A DNA stretch of 27,035 nucleotides from a virus (lineage: Duplodnaviria; Caudoviricetes). Below are positions 7,842 through 17,039 of this stretch, one piece after another. A model generated the notes under the pieces. The model saw only the letters and a list, made by a program, of their open reading frames with translations. It made no database searches and had not been told where the DNA came from. The DNA lies in the IMG/VR virus record IMGVR_UViG_3300036770_008716, positions 1 to 27,035 of that record. The stretch is one strand, 5' to 3'. Numbering within the stretch: position 1 is the first letter of the stretch; the number at the start of each line of letters is the position of its first letter. A program made the translations under genes and the position numbers.

Positions 7842-8157
7842 CTCTAGTGATCGATGTTATCTTGTCAATTTGAGCTTGAATGATAGGAACTCGATTTTCC
7901 CACTTGATGTAGGCTTTATCAGGATTCTTCATAAGGTTATAAAGCAGGGGCAGAATTAAACCTTCTACCTCTTTGAGTTTGGCTTTGTAGAATGCTTCGA
8001 TATACTGAGACTGCTGTGTCAGAACACCATCAATCTTATCCTGCAAAACTTTCAGATCATCAGTTGTTGCGACTGGCTGCGTTGTTGTTTGGGTTGCTGT
8101 TGTTGCTGCTTCTTCAGCATCAGCAAAAGAGAATCCAAAGTCATAGTCTCCGCTCAT
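7834..8157 (-). CDS. conserved T4-like phage hypothetical protein
   Basis: DFGFSF N-terminus and ILPLLYNLMKNPDKAYIKW.NR motif. Confidence 0.7.
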   Translation of the reverse strand: MSGDYDFGFSFADAEEAATTATQTTTQPVATTDDLKVLQDKIDGVLTQQSQYIEAFYKAKLKEVEGLILPLLYNLMKNPDKAYIKWENRVPIIQAQIDKITSITRDV

Positions 8158-9135
8158 TTAAACCTCAATCAAATTTTGATGAAAGATATTCCAACATGCT
8201 TCCCAAGACCATTCCTTAGTATTTATTCTACCAAGTTCAAAGCATCTATCAATAGCTGTTTCTAGGTTATCGTCAAGAATTCCGTTTATGCCAGAATCAA
8301 CAATATCGATTGGACCGACTACTGGGAATGCAGCAACAGGAGTTCCTGCACTCATCGCCTCTACCATAACAATACCAAAAGTATCCGTCTTACTCGGAAA
8401 ACAAAATACAGATGCATTTAGATAATATTGGAACAGTTCTTTCCCTGTTTTGTATCCAACAAACTTTGCCTTTTTATATTTTTGTTCTAAATGTTTCCTG
8501 TCTGGTCCATCGCCAACAATAACTATGTTATACTTGTCTTGGAGTTTCAATAATTCTTCTATGTTCTTTTCCTTCGAAACCCTTCCAACAAAAAGCACTG
8601 AGTTATCTGGCGCTCTTTCAAGTCCAGTTAGATTGGACATATCAACTCCCCGAGTCCACTCTACTATATTACCATCAAATTTATTCTCGATCAGAAGAGA
8701 CTTCATTGATTTTGTTGTTGTCAGAACAACCCCAGAATGCTTATGGAACCAACGAAGATATTTGTATGTGTAATCTGTTGGTATACCATACAAACTCTTC
8801 ATATATTCTGGAAATTTAGTATGATATGATGTATTATACCATAGATTATTTCTATCACAGTATAACTTAGCTGCTAGACCAATTGGCCCTTCGGTGGCAA
8901 TGTGAATATAATCGGGTTGTATTGATTCAATTTTTCGGCTGATTCTAAACGGAAAAGCCAGTTTGATCTCTTTGTAGGCAGGAAAAGAAAAATGAAAGAA
9001 TTCGCTAGGGTCGAGAAAGTGCATCTCATACCCAGAGCGTTCAGCTTCCTTAGCAAGGTGCTTAAAAGTGATAGCCACTCCATTGATTTGATCCTTTAGA
9101 TTGTCAGTAACAACTAAGATTCTATGTTTGCCCAT
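8158..9135 (-). CDS. agt: GT4 (GT-B) glycosyltransferase, Agt-like diacylglycerol glycosyltransferase
   Basis: ILVVTD...QINGV, IHIATEGPIG, TSYHTKFPEY, WTRGVD, FVGRVSKEKN, FPSKTDTFGIVMVEAMSAGTPV. GT4 call is firm; the Agt call rests on motif resemblance and adjacency to the plcP-like gene. Confidence 0.75.
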   Translation of the reverse strand: MGKHRILVVTDNLKDQINGVAITFKHLAKEAERSGYEMHFLDPSEFFHFSFPAYKEIKLAFPFRISRKIESIQPDYIHIATEGPIGLAAKLYCDRNNLWYNTSYHTKFPEYMKSLYGIPTDYTYKYLRWFHKHSGVVLTTTKSMKSLLIENKFDGNIVEWTRGVDMSNLTGLERAPDNSVLFVGRVSKEKNIEELLKLQDKYNIVIVGDGPDRKHLEQKYKKAKFVGYKTGKELFQYYLNASVFCFPSKTDTFGIVMVEAMSAGTPVAAFPVVGPIDIVDSGINGILDDNLETAIDRCFELGRINTKEWSWEACWNIFHQNLIEV

Positions 9136-9860
9136 GTCACTATCTGCCATTGTCCATCTGTATGTTCTACCAAAGCAGTTAGCGATTCGACCCAATCGCC
9201 ATCATTCATGTATATGATTCCATCTATTTCTTTAATTTCAGCATGATGGATGTGACCGCAGATAACCCCATCAAAACCTCTTTTTTTACAATAAGAAGTT
9301 AAATTATTCTCAAACTTATACATAAATGCTATTGCTTGTTTCACTTTATGTTTAAGATAACTGGAAAGCGACCAGTATCCAAATCCAAGTTTTCTTCTGA
9401 GCCAATTGAACTTTGAGTTTAGCGTTAAAACAAAATCATAGGATCGATCGCCGAGAAAGCTAACCCAAGGGACGATTCTGTTGATTCCATCGAACATATC
9501 ACCATGAACTACAAGATATCTTTTCTGATCTATTCCGATGTGCTCATACTGATTTGCTATTTCTATATTACCAAAAGAAAACTCATAGGGCATAAATGTT
9601 CTGAGAAACTCATCGTGGTTACCAGCAACATAGATTACCTTGGTTCCTTTCTTTGCATAGCTTAGGATCTTTCTAACTACATTGGTATGGTTCTGATCCC
9701 ATCTCCACCTATTCTGTTGGATCTTCCAACCATCAATTATATCACCAATCAGATACAATGTGTCACAGGTATTATTTTTGAGAAAATCTAAAAGATGAAG
9801 AGCCTTACAATCTTTCGACCCTAAGTGTACGTCTGATATGAATATACTTCTAAAGTGCAT
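9114..9860 (-). CDS. plcP: calcineurin-like metallophosphoesterase, PlcP-like phospholipase C (often annotated LpxH-like)
   Basis: ISDVHLG, GDIIDGW, GNHDE, HGD, GHIHH, NDGDWVES motifs, with GNHD rather than the GNRD of E. coli LpxH; YWSLS...KVK segment typical of the PlcP group. Confidence 0.78.
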   Translation of the reverse strand: MHFRSIFISDVHLGSKDCKALHLLDFLKNNTCDTLYLIGDIIDGWKIQQNRWRWDQNHTNVVRKILSYAKKGTKVIYVAGNHDEFLRTFMPYEFSFGNIEIANQYEHIGIDQKRYLVVHGDMFDGINRIVPWVSFLGDRSYDFVLTLNSKFNWLRRKLGFGYWSLSSYLKHKVKQAIAFMYKFENNLTSYCKKRGFDGVICGHIHHAEIKEIDGIIYMNDGDWVESLTALVEHTDGQWQIVTWANIES

Positions 9861-11587
9861 TAGTCAAAAAAGAATAGATGGAACAATCTGGAATCATCAA
9901 TGGTCTTACCAAAGTATTTAGACGCCGAGTGGAAGCACCTTGCATCAAAAAGAACTAATCGATTAAACACATTACCAATAGTATCAACCAATTCGAATTT
10001 AGTCTGATCGTAGAATCCACCAGCAAAACTTCTATCCTCTGGATCTTGATCAACATGTCTAGCATTAGTTATTCTGCTAGCCCACAAAGAAGTCCCACAA
10101 TCATATGGTGCGTTTGGCGTCAAATAAATCATACCAGCCCAAGTCTGAGAATCATAATGATAGACTAGCAGATCTTCAGGCGTACAATATTGGAAACTGC
10201 CATTCATTCCGTGCGATTCCCATTCGCGAATCTTAATGCCCATTATATTTTCAAATGCTTCTTTGATCTCAGTTGGTCTATATTTCTCAATAGATCTACT
10301 ACCTTTGTACCAGTTATTGTTTGCTTCAAATGCTGACCCAAGAGCAAAATTCCGAACCGCAATCGGATCAGCATAAAAATCATCAACAACAAAAATTCTT
10401 TTCTTTCTGTTTGGGTTAACTGTTAATTGATTTTTGAGTTCGCAGTAGTTCATCGATTCTTCCTTTTTGGTTGCGTTTTGTAGTGCAACATTATGCAGGT
10501 TTTTGGGATATTCACTGGTATCGTGATACATGTCAGTGCTGATAATAAACACAAAGTCGGGAAATGGCATGGTTCGTTCAGGTTTCATTATCTCTGTTGT
10601 ATATTTCAGCATCTCATCAAAATCACCAAGATGCATATACGTTTCTGCTAACCAAATTAGATGATCGTTTCTACGAGAACAAAAAGGTTCCGCTCTTTTG
10701 AAATATTCTATAGCCTTTTCTGTTTGGCCAAGAAATCGATAAGAATTTCCAATGCTATTCATAGCATAGTATCCCATCTCACAAAGCCTATTTGGTTGAT
10801 TTGTTCTATCGTAGTCGTGTTGAAAATTTACCCATTCCTTATAATAAAATATAGACCTTTCGGCATAATGCCTTTGTTGCTTTTCCCCCAAAGGAAATGA
10901 TTGGCATTTAAATGCATCCTCATAACTCTTACCAATATACCAAAAATGATACCAGTCTTTAAACAAACTCTGCTCACGAATCAATTTTTCTTCTAGAGCC
11001 AAAGCATCACTAACATATTTTGTGGGCAATACATAACTTTCGCCCCTAACTGAATCATCAGCTTTCATCCTAAATTCTTTAGGCAACGAATGCATACTGA
11101 AATTTTCATTTGTTACACCATCATCTAAATAAATTGTTTCATGTGCTGGGTCATGGTGAAATTTCCAATTCAATTTAGCATTCCATATCCAAGTTCTTTG
11201 GTAAATAATACCAGGTCCTAATGCTGCAACAGAAAATGCAGTTATATTTGTATCATCAAAAATAGACCAATCGAAACTAGGATCCACTTCAAGGACTTCA
11301 TCGCAATCCATTTTCATGATCCAGTTGCAACCATGATTTAAACTCTTGGCTCTTTGTAACAAATGATCTCTGTTCCAACCAAACCCAACCCAACCTTCTT
11401 CTACTTTATAAAGGTGCCCATCTATTCTATATTTCATTGCCCATTCTTTAACTACTTCTGGCGTACCATCAGTTGAGCCATTGTCTTGAATGACCCAATA
11501 GTCAATATATGGAGCTACAGATTCAAGCATTCTCCCTATGCTATGAGCTTCATTTTTAAACATGGTGATCATACATATTTTTTTCAT
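9860..11587 (-). CDS. fusion: GT2 glycosyltransferase + TPR + C-terminal 2OG-Fe(II) oxygenase-like (DUF6445-like) domain
   Basis: N-terminal MFKNE, DNGSTDGT, DCDE. Middle TPR-like helices (IGNSYRFLGQTEKAIEYFKRA). C-terminal VVDDFY, HYD, YLTP, NRLVLFD, FHS and R. Confidence 0.8.
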   Translation of the reverse strand: MKKICMITMFKNEAHSIGRMLESVAPYIDYWVIQDNGSTDGTPEVVKEWAMKYRIDGHLYKVEEGWVGFGWNRDHLLQRAKSLNHGCNWIMKMDCDEVLEVDPSFDWSIFDDTNITAFSVAALGPGIIYQRTWIWNAKLNWKFHHDPAHETIYLDDGVTNENFSMHSLPKEFRMKADDSVRGESYVLPTKYVSDALALEEKLIREQSLFKDWYHFWYIGKSYEDAFKCQSFPLGEKQQRHYAERSIFYYKEWVNFQHDYDRTNQPNRLCEMGYYAMNSIGNSYRFLGQTEKAIEYFKRAEPFCSRRNDHLIWLAETYMHLGDFDEMLKYTTEIMKPERTMPFPDFVFIISTDMYHDTSEYPKNLHNVALQNATKKEESMNYCELKNQLTVNPNRKKRIFVVDDFYADPIAVRNFALGSAFEANNNWYKGSRSIEKYRPTEIKEAFENIMGIKIREWESHGMNGSFQYCTPEDLLVYHYDSQTWAGMIYLTPNAPYDCGTSLWASRITNARHVDQDPEDRSFAGGFYDQTKFELVDTIGNVFNRLVLFDARCFHSASKYFGKTIDDSRLFHLFFFD

Positions 11588-13260
11588 CTATTAACTCCAA
11601 TATATTTGCCAAATTCTATTTCAAAAGTTTTGATTATATTATCTGTTGACCACTTAGATCTAAACTCATTAGTTGGTTCCAATCCCCTTTCTATAACTTC
11701 TTTTATAGTGTTGCAATCAAACAACAATTCTTCTTTCCAATTTATATTATTAAAACTTTTGCTTCTATTAACCATCAAAGGTTTTTCTGCCATTAAAGCA
11801 AAATCAACGCAGCTACTTATTCCTGGGCCAACATCATGATATAAGAACAAATTAATATCATTAGAGTTTAAAAATCTAACAGTATCCTCAATATTCATAT
11901 AGTCATGGCTAATGTTTATTATAACGTTAGGGTTGGCTAATTGCCTACATTTTTCTGCTATGACATGAGAAGTTCCTCGCTCAATACTATACTCGAAATA
12001 ATCAGCATATGATATATTAAAATTTATCATTACGGGTTCAGAAAATTGTTGATTTACAGCTTCAACTATGCCTGTGAAATTTTTATTCCACCCACCAAAT
12101 CCAAAGCTACCAATTTTAATAACATTTCCTGGTGGGTTATTGTCCAGATTCTCGAACTTTACCAGAGGCCTTTCTAATGCTATTTTTCCATCTTGTTCTA
12201 TAGTTGGGTCGCAAACAAAATGTTGCTTGATATTTGCAAACTCATAAATTGAGCCATGTCCAGTTATGACAAAATTTGGAATATCTTCTTGTTTGATTTT
12301 GGATAAACAATTCATCATCCAACCAAATGGGCCACAATTCCATATCACCCCATCATATTCTCTATCAAACTTTGAAATGAATTCTTCTTCGCTGGAAGCC
12401 TCAATTAAAACATACTCATACCTATTTGATTTTTGTAGATTTTGTAGAGTTAATTTGCCATATTCATACACTCCACATTTACTTGCAGAATTCATTACAA
12501 AGGCAATCCTACGCTTCTTGCTAAGTTCAGAGAAATGCTTTCTGGACTTTTCCAGAATTTCTTGATATGGAACATCGCCCAAATCGTCGTAATATCTGTT
12601 TCTCCAGGTGTTGTAGAAACTATATGCTTTTGGATTGCCAGAGCCTATCCATAATTCGCACAAATATGGTTGCCATTGAACGTTTTGATTGAAGTATGTA
12701 GGATCAAGTTTGTTTAGATAATTGGCGTTGGCCCACCAAAAAAATCCTTGGTAGTGTGGCGCAGGAAATTCAATTTCTCCACCTCGGAACGTTGCTAGAG
12801 GGATATATTCAACGCCAGCGCAATCATAATGTTCAAGGGCATTGATACAATCTTTCCAATTATGGATAAGAATTTTTTCGAAATACATTCTGAATTGCGC
12901 AGACCTTTTGCCTATCTCTGAATCCCTAGAAACACCTAGCGAGTGAAAAAACAATATCTTATATTCTGGATTCGCAGCAGAAAAAGCCCATATTCTCTGC
13001 ATAATTTGATTATAGGCTCTATACAATTTTCTATTTGTTGGGCGATCCTCTTCTAAGTCACCAAGATAAGTTATGTTATTTACTTTATCGGAAATTTTAT
13101 CCAAAGAAACAGGAGATTGCCCTTTAACAAACAAATCAATAAATTCTATATTGTCATAGAGCCCACTTGTTTTAATTGAATTGATCTGTTCATCGTACAA
13201 AGCATTCCAATTATCATCACCGCCATATTGGCCTATCATGTAGAAAATTGCAATTTTCAT
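11584..13260 (-). CDS. two-domain glycosyltransferase-like fusion protein
   Basis: N-terminal HSLGVS...HYQGFFWWANANYL...ELWIG domain; C-terminal GT-B-like domain (CGVYEYG, IGSFGFG..NKNF, GISSCVDFAL). Confidence 0.65.
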   Translation of the reverse strand: MKIAIFYMIGQYGGDDNWNALYDEQINSIKTSGLYDNIEFIDLFVKGQSPVSLDKISDKVNNITYLGDLEEDRPTNRKLYRAYNQIMQRIWAFSAANPEYKILFFHSLGVSRDSEIGKRSAQFRMYFEKILIHNWKDCINALEHYDCAGVEYIPLATFRGGEIEFPAPHYQGFFWWANANYLNKLDPTYFNQNVQWQPYLCELWIGSGNPKAYSFYNTWRNRYYDDLGDVPYQEILEKSRKHFSELSKKRRIAFVMNSASKCGVYEYGKLTLQNLQKSNRYEYVLIEASSEEEFISKFDREYDGVIWNCGPFGWMMNCLSKIKQEDIPNFVITGHGSIYEFANIKQHFVCDPTIEQDGKIALERPLVKFENLDNNPPGNVIKIGSFGFGGWNKNFTGIVEAVNQQFSEPVMINFNISYADYFEYSIERGTSHVIAEKCRQLANPNVIINISHDYMNIEDTVRFLNSNDINLFLYHDVGPGISSCVDFALMAEKPLMVNRSKSFNNINWKEELLFDCNTIKEVIERGLEPTNEFRSKWSTDNIIKTFEIEFGKYIGVNR

Positions 13261-13264
13261 GCCA

Positions 13265-14524
13265 TTAGATACTCAATAGATGAGGCCTGCGTTTGTCAGA
13301 CTTGACTGCAACTAGCCATGCATTAGTTACGGCGATTTGATCTTCCCACCAAATAGTATCAAGCCTGAACGACTGGAATCTAACATCTTTGTTGCGAATG
13401 AACATTGCTTTATCAGCTCTGGTGTAATACCAGAAACTATTTTGGTTCCAGTAACTAACATGAGTTGGATCTTGGAATGCTCCTCTACCGTCTGTGCTAG
13501 GAACTTCAATAAAAGCCCAACCACCATCAGCTAAAACCCGATATATCTCACACATTATTTTATGTTTATCGTGAAGATGCTCAATTATATGCGATGCGTT
13601 TAACACACCGACTGAATTATCAGGAAGTGGTATACCATCATTAAGATCAGCCTTAACGTTGCCTTCTTCTAAATCAATATTAATATCACATCCATCTCTT
13701 GGATTGATGCCGCCTCCAATTTCTACGATCGAAAGGTTGCGATCTCTTGCGTCTTTGCAAGCAAGATCCCATGCATGTTTTTGAAACAGTTCTACAGTAG
13801 TATCTTGTATTTGCTGATTTCTTTCAAGCCAAGTATTGTCACCAGTGATTCGATAGATATACAATGCTTTTGGTATGTGATGCATTTTTGTTTTAAGATA
13901 AGTTCGAATCATTAGCTCATGATCATCACAAATACTTAATCTTGGATCATGGCCCCCAATTTCTCTATAGACAGACTTGCGCCATGCGCGAACATGGTCT
14001 GGGGCGTACCAAATGAAAGATATACTATGGCTTGTTGGTTGGAAAGAATCCATTGCGATAAGTTTTTTACCTTTCCAATCAACTTCTTTATATGTCCATC
14101 CATATATGGAATTGTATGGATAAAACACATCAGTCATATGATATACTGCACAATCGCTAAAAGCAAATCCAACATCTTTATCTTGGAATGCTTCATTTAG
14201 TTCTTCAAGACAATTAGGCATCAATATATCATCATGATCAACTTCAACAAGAATATCACCTTCGCCAAGATTAAATGCTTGGTGTTTATTGAATCCGACG
14301 CAGTTGTTATCAAATCCACTTTTGTAGATAGATACCCGAGAATCTTCCCTGATTCTCGGGGGAACTTTATCAGGTGAACCAACACCATTAAGATAAATTA
14401 CCCACTCCCAATTTTCATAAGTTTGCTCAACCAAACTATCATAAAGATCATCAAGAAAAGAATTCTTAATGTGTGTTGGTGTAATAATACTAAACTTATG
14501 AAGTTTCACTTTATTTGATTTCAC
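13265..14524 (-). CDS. fusion: GT2 glycosyltransferase + class I SAM-dependent methyltransferase
   Basis: FSIITPT, QTYENWEWVI, VDHDD, IGG, DD.EL; C-terminal EIGGG, ADLN.GIPLPDNS, HIIEHL, EIYRVL.DGG, DPTH. Confidence 0.85.
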   Translation of the reverse strand: MKSNKVKLHKFSIITPTHIKNSFLDDLYDSLVEQTYENWEWVIYLNGVGSPDKVPPRIREDSRVSIYKSGFDNNCVGFNKHQAFNLGEGDILVEVDHDDILMPNCLEELNEAFQDKDVGFAFSDCAVYHMTDVFYPYNSIYGWTYKEVDWKGKKLIAMDSFQPTSHSISFIWYAPDHVRAWRKSVYREIGGHDPRLSICDDHELMIRTYLKTKMHHIPKALYIYRITGDNTWLERNQQIQDTTVELFQKHAWDLACKDARDRNLSIVEIGGGINPRDGCDINIDLEEGNVKADLNDGIPLPDNSVGVLNASHIIEHLHDKHKIMCEIYRVLADGGWAFIEVPSTDGRGAFQDPTHVSYWNQNSFWYYTRADKAMFIRNKDVRFQSFRLDTIWWEDQIAVTNAWLVAVKSDKRRPHLLSI

Positions 14525-16364
14525 ATGCTCCTCCTGCGCAAGCTGCCTGATCGGTCAGCGCGGTGTTATCGTCATATTCATGGACTTGAGAAAGATCAAT
14601 ATCATGTAGATGTTTTACCATCTCCTCAAATGTCTCACGGGTGCAGTCTTCGAATGGGGCTTGGACATAGGTTCCGCCATCATATGGAAGAACTGATATT
14701 CCCGTGTAGTTATCCCTGTTATCCCACATCCATTCTCCAACTGGTCCCCACTCATCTTCTCTAAGAGAAATGGTGCAAGATACGTTGTGGAAATTAGCGC
14801 CTGTACGATGTCCATTGCGAACCCACTCCATATTAAATTTCTTAACACGCTCAAGCAAATGCAGAGCACTCTCAGAACGAAGGATGGCTCCTTCGGGCGC
14901 TCTCTGAGGAATCGAGAGCACTGCCTCAAGGTGAGGCTTGAATACACAATCTTCAATCAAAGTTGGGAAGTTACTCTTTATATAGTTGTACATCGCTTCG
15001 TTCTTTCCAACACGCATGCGTCGAATATAATAGTCATTGTGCCATGCGTGAATACCAGAAGATGATCCAACTACAAGAGAGGTTGTGCCTGATGGTTTGA
15101 TCGTCGTTGTTCTCGCTGCGCAGTTTACGCCGATCTGATCAGCGATTTCTTTGTTTGCTTTTTTTACAACTTTTGCTGCTTCTTCAAGATTCAGATTAAT
15201 AACACCACCAGATGCGATACCCGTCATGCCAACGCCAATCAATGCTTCTTCTTCGGTAGTCTCTTTCCAGACATTACGAAGATAGTGGAAGTCGGTGTAT
15301 CCTGCCTGAAGCGTACCAATAAATGCGCCTGCTGCTGCTCTTGCGTTCAAATCTGCCTGATCATGAACATCAGATACATTAACTTCGGTCAGGTTACAGA
15401 ACTGATATGGGCGAAGTGAAATCTCTGCGCATGGATTGGTGAACAGTTCTTCATCGTTGGTCCAGAAGAATCCAGGCTCACCTGCTCCTGACAATTTAAC
15501 AAGATCCCAGATATGCTTGAACTCTTCTTCGGTTACTTTACCACGACGAAGTACAACTGAGTTGTTGGCTCGACCACGCTGCGGTGCATTCTCCCACCAT
15601 GCACCTGACTTGCAAGAAAGCATGTCATAGTCATCAAGGCTAAAACCCGCAATCATTGCAGCTCGACGAATGCCACCTGCAAGAACAGCGTCAGCAATAA
15701 AGCAGCAGATATCGTGAACTTCAATTGTCTTGAGCTTACGGCCAATTGCGCCATTGAGAATCTGGCGAATCTGATCAATACAGATACGCAGCGGATCTGG
15801 ACCAGGAGCTTTACCGCCGCTCGTTACAAGCAAAGCGCCCTTGGGTCGAATGTCTCGGAAATCAAATACGGGGTCAGACTTACCTGTTGTATAGGCTTTG
15901 ACTAGAACTTTAATTGCATCAGCCCAGCCTTCGATGGAATCGCCAACAAGAAAACGTCGCTGCTTCTCTGATGGCCCAACAATTGCAGGTAGTTTCTCAA
16001 CGTGATGTTTCTGTACGCTATAGCCAACTCCAGTACCACCAAGAAGCAAGAACATCAGTTCAGCAAATGCAACTGGATGTTCAATTGGCATATATGCACA
16101 GTTGAAGATGCGTGAGTTAGAAAGTTCAATTGGCATACCAGCGAACTGCATTGAACGCATTGAAGGAAGAACTTTCTTGGTGTATACAAATTCTTTATAC
16201 ACATTTTTAATTTCTGATTTGATACTTGGGTACTTCTTCATGTGCATAACCATGTTACGCTCACACAGTTCTTCCCAAGTCTCTCGGCGATTGATCTCGG
16301 GAATAAACTTGGCATACTTATTGAAAACAACAATATCTGAGAGAATTGACTGGGTTACATCCAT
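14511..16364 (-). CDS. nrdJ: class II (adenosylcobalamin-dependent) ribonucleotide reductase, monomeric type
   Basis: LPSMR, FNC, GTGVG, GGIRRAA, TNPCAEI, FCNL, TTIKPSGT and C-terminal CAGGAC; compact 617 aa; no nrdB alongside. Confidence 0.9.
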   Translation of the reverse strand: MDVTQSILSDIVVFNKYAKFIPEINRRETWEELCERNMVMHMKKYPSIKSEIKNVYKEFVYTKKVLPSMRSMQFAGMPIELSNSRIFNCAYMPIEHPVAFAELMFLLLGGTGVGYSVQKHHVEKLPAIVGPSEKQRRFLVGDSIEGWADAIKVLVKAYTTGKSDPVFDFRDIRPKGALLVTSGGKAPGPDPLRICIDQIRQILNGAIGRKLKTIEVHDICCFIADAVLAGGIRRAAMIAGFSLDDYDMLSCKSGAWWENAPQRGRANNSVVLRRGKVTEEEFKHIWDLVKLSGAGEPGFFWTNDEELFTNPCAEISLRPYQFCNLTEVNVSDVHDQADLNARAAAGAFIGTLQAGYTDFHYLRNVWKETTEEEALIGVGMTGIASGGVINLNLEEAAKVVKKANKEIADQIGVNCAARTTTIKPSGTTSLVVGSSSGIHAWHNDYYIRRMRVGKNEAMYNYIKSNFPTLIEDCVFKPHLEAVLSIPQRAPEGAILRSESALHLLERVKKFNMEWVRNGHRTGANFHNVSCTISLREDEWGPVGEWMWDNRDNYTGISVLPYDGGTYVQAPFEDCTRETFEEMVKHLHDIDLSQVHEYDDNTALTDQAACAGGACEIK

Positions 16365-16369
16365 TGTTC

Positions 16370-17038
16370 TTATCCTTCTACGAGTTCTTTAATTAGTGGA
16401 AATTGTTTTACTAACACTTCTGCACATTGCTTTGCAATCTCAGCATGCTCAAGTTGCGTCCCGTTCTTGGAACGGAGTTGTATATAGTGAATCCATGAAC
16501 GAAGTGTACCAGCCATATAGAGTCTTGATGCAGTCAACCCTTCGGGAAGCACTGCTCTTGCTTGCTCTTTGGCAATACCATTTTCAATAGCCCAATCATA
16601 AACTATTTTTGCCTGTTCAATCACTTGATCCTGATAGGCTTTCCATTCTTGCTCAAGATTGTAGTTGTCTGTCTTGATGCTGTTCTGCCTATTAACTGGA
16701 TCCTGTAGTCTAGCCTCACGCTTTACCATTTGCATTTGAGTTGGATCAGCATAACGCTGAGAAAACTCTTGAAAACTAAAACTGCGATGACGAAGAATCT
16801 GTCGAGCAATGTCTCTGGTCGTATTGATCTCAAGCGTAGCATGGACCATTTCAAACGGCGACCAGTGAGCGTTCTTAATCAAATAGTTAATCAACTTTGG
16901 TGCTGTCATTGTATTGGTTTGGTTTGATGGATTAGATACACGAGCAAAGTATGCTGTGAGTTCTTCCATCGTACCAATATCAGTCTCATCAAAAAAACTT
17001 GATGTTGCTTGGCTGAAACAAATCAATCTAACGCTCAT
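16370..17038 (-). CDS. thyX: flavin-dependent thymidylate synthase
   Basis: HWSPFE, RHRSFSFQEFSQRY signature, EQARAVLP, TQLEH. Confidence 0.95.
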   Translation of the reverse strand: MSVRLICFSQATSSFFDETDIGTMEELTAYFARVSNPSNQTNTMTAPKLINYLIKNAHWSPFEMVHATLEINTTRDIARQILRHRSFSFQEFSQRYADPTQMQMVKREARLQDPVNRQNSIKTDNYNLEQEWKAYQDQVIEQAKIVYDWAIENGIAKEQARAVLPEGLTASRLYMAGTLRSWIHYIQLRSKNGTQLEHAEIAKQCAEVLVKQFPLIKELVEG

Positions 17039-17039
17039 A

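Noticed and set aside
9114-9860. Annotation as lipid A enzyme LpxH
   Set aside because: It has GNHD rather than GNRD, there are no other lpx genes, and the neighbouring Agt-like GT4 fits PlcP better. Phylogeny is still needed.
9860-14524. Firm call as a DNA hypermodification system
   Set aside because: No dNMP hydroxymethylase, TET/JBP-like enzyme or T4-type glucosyltransferase is recognisable, and the GT2/TPR architecture suggests other substrates. Kept only as an alternative.
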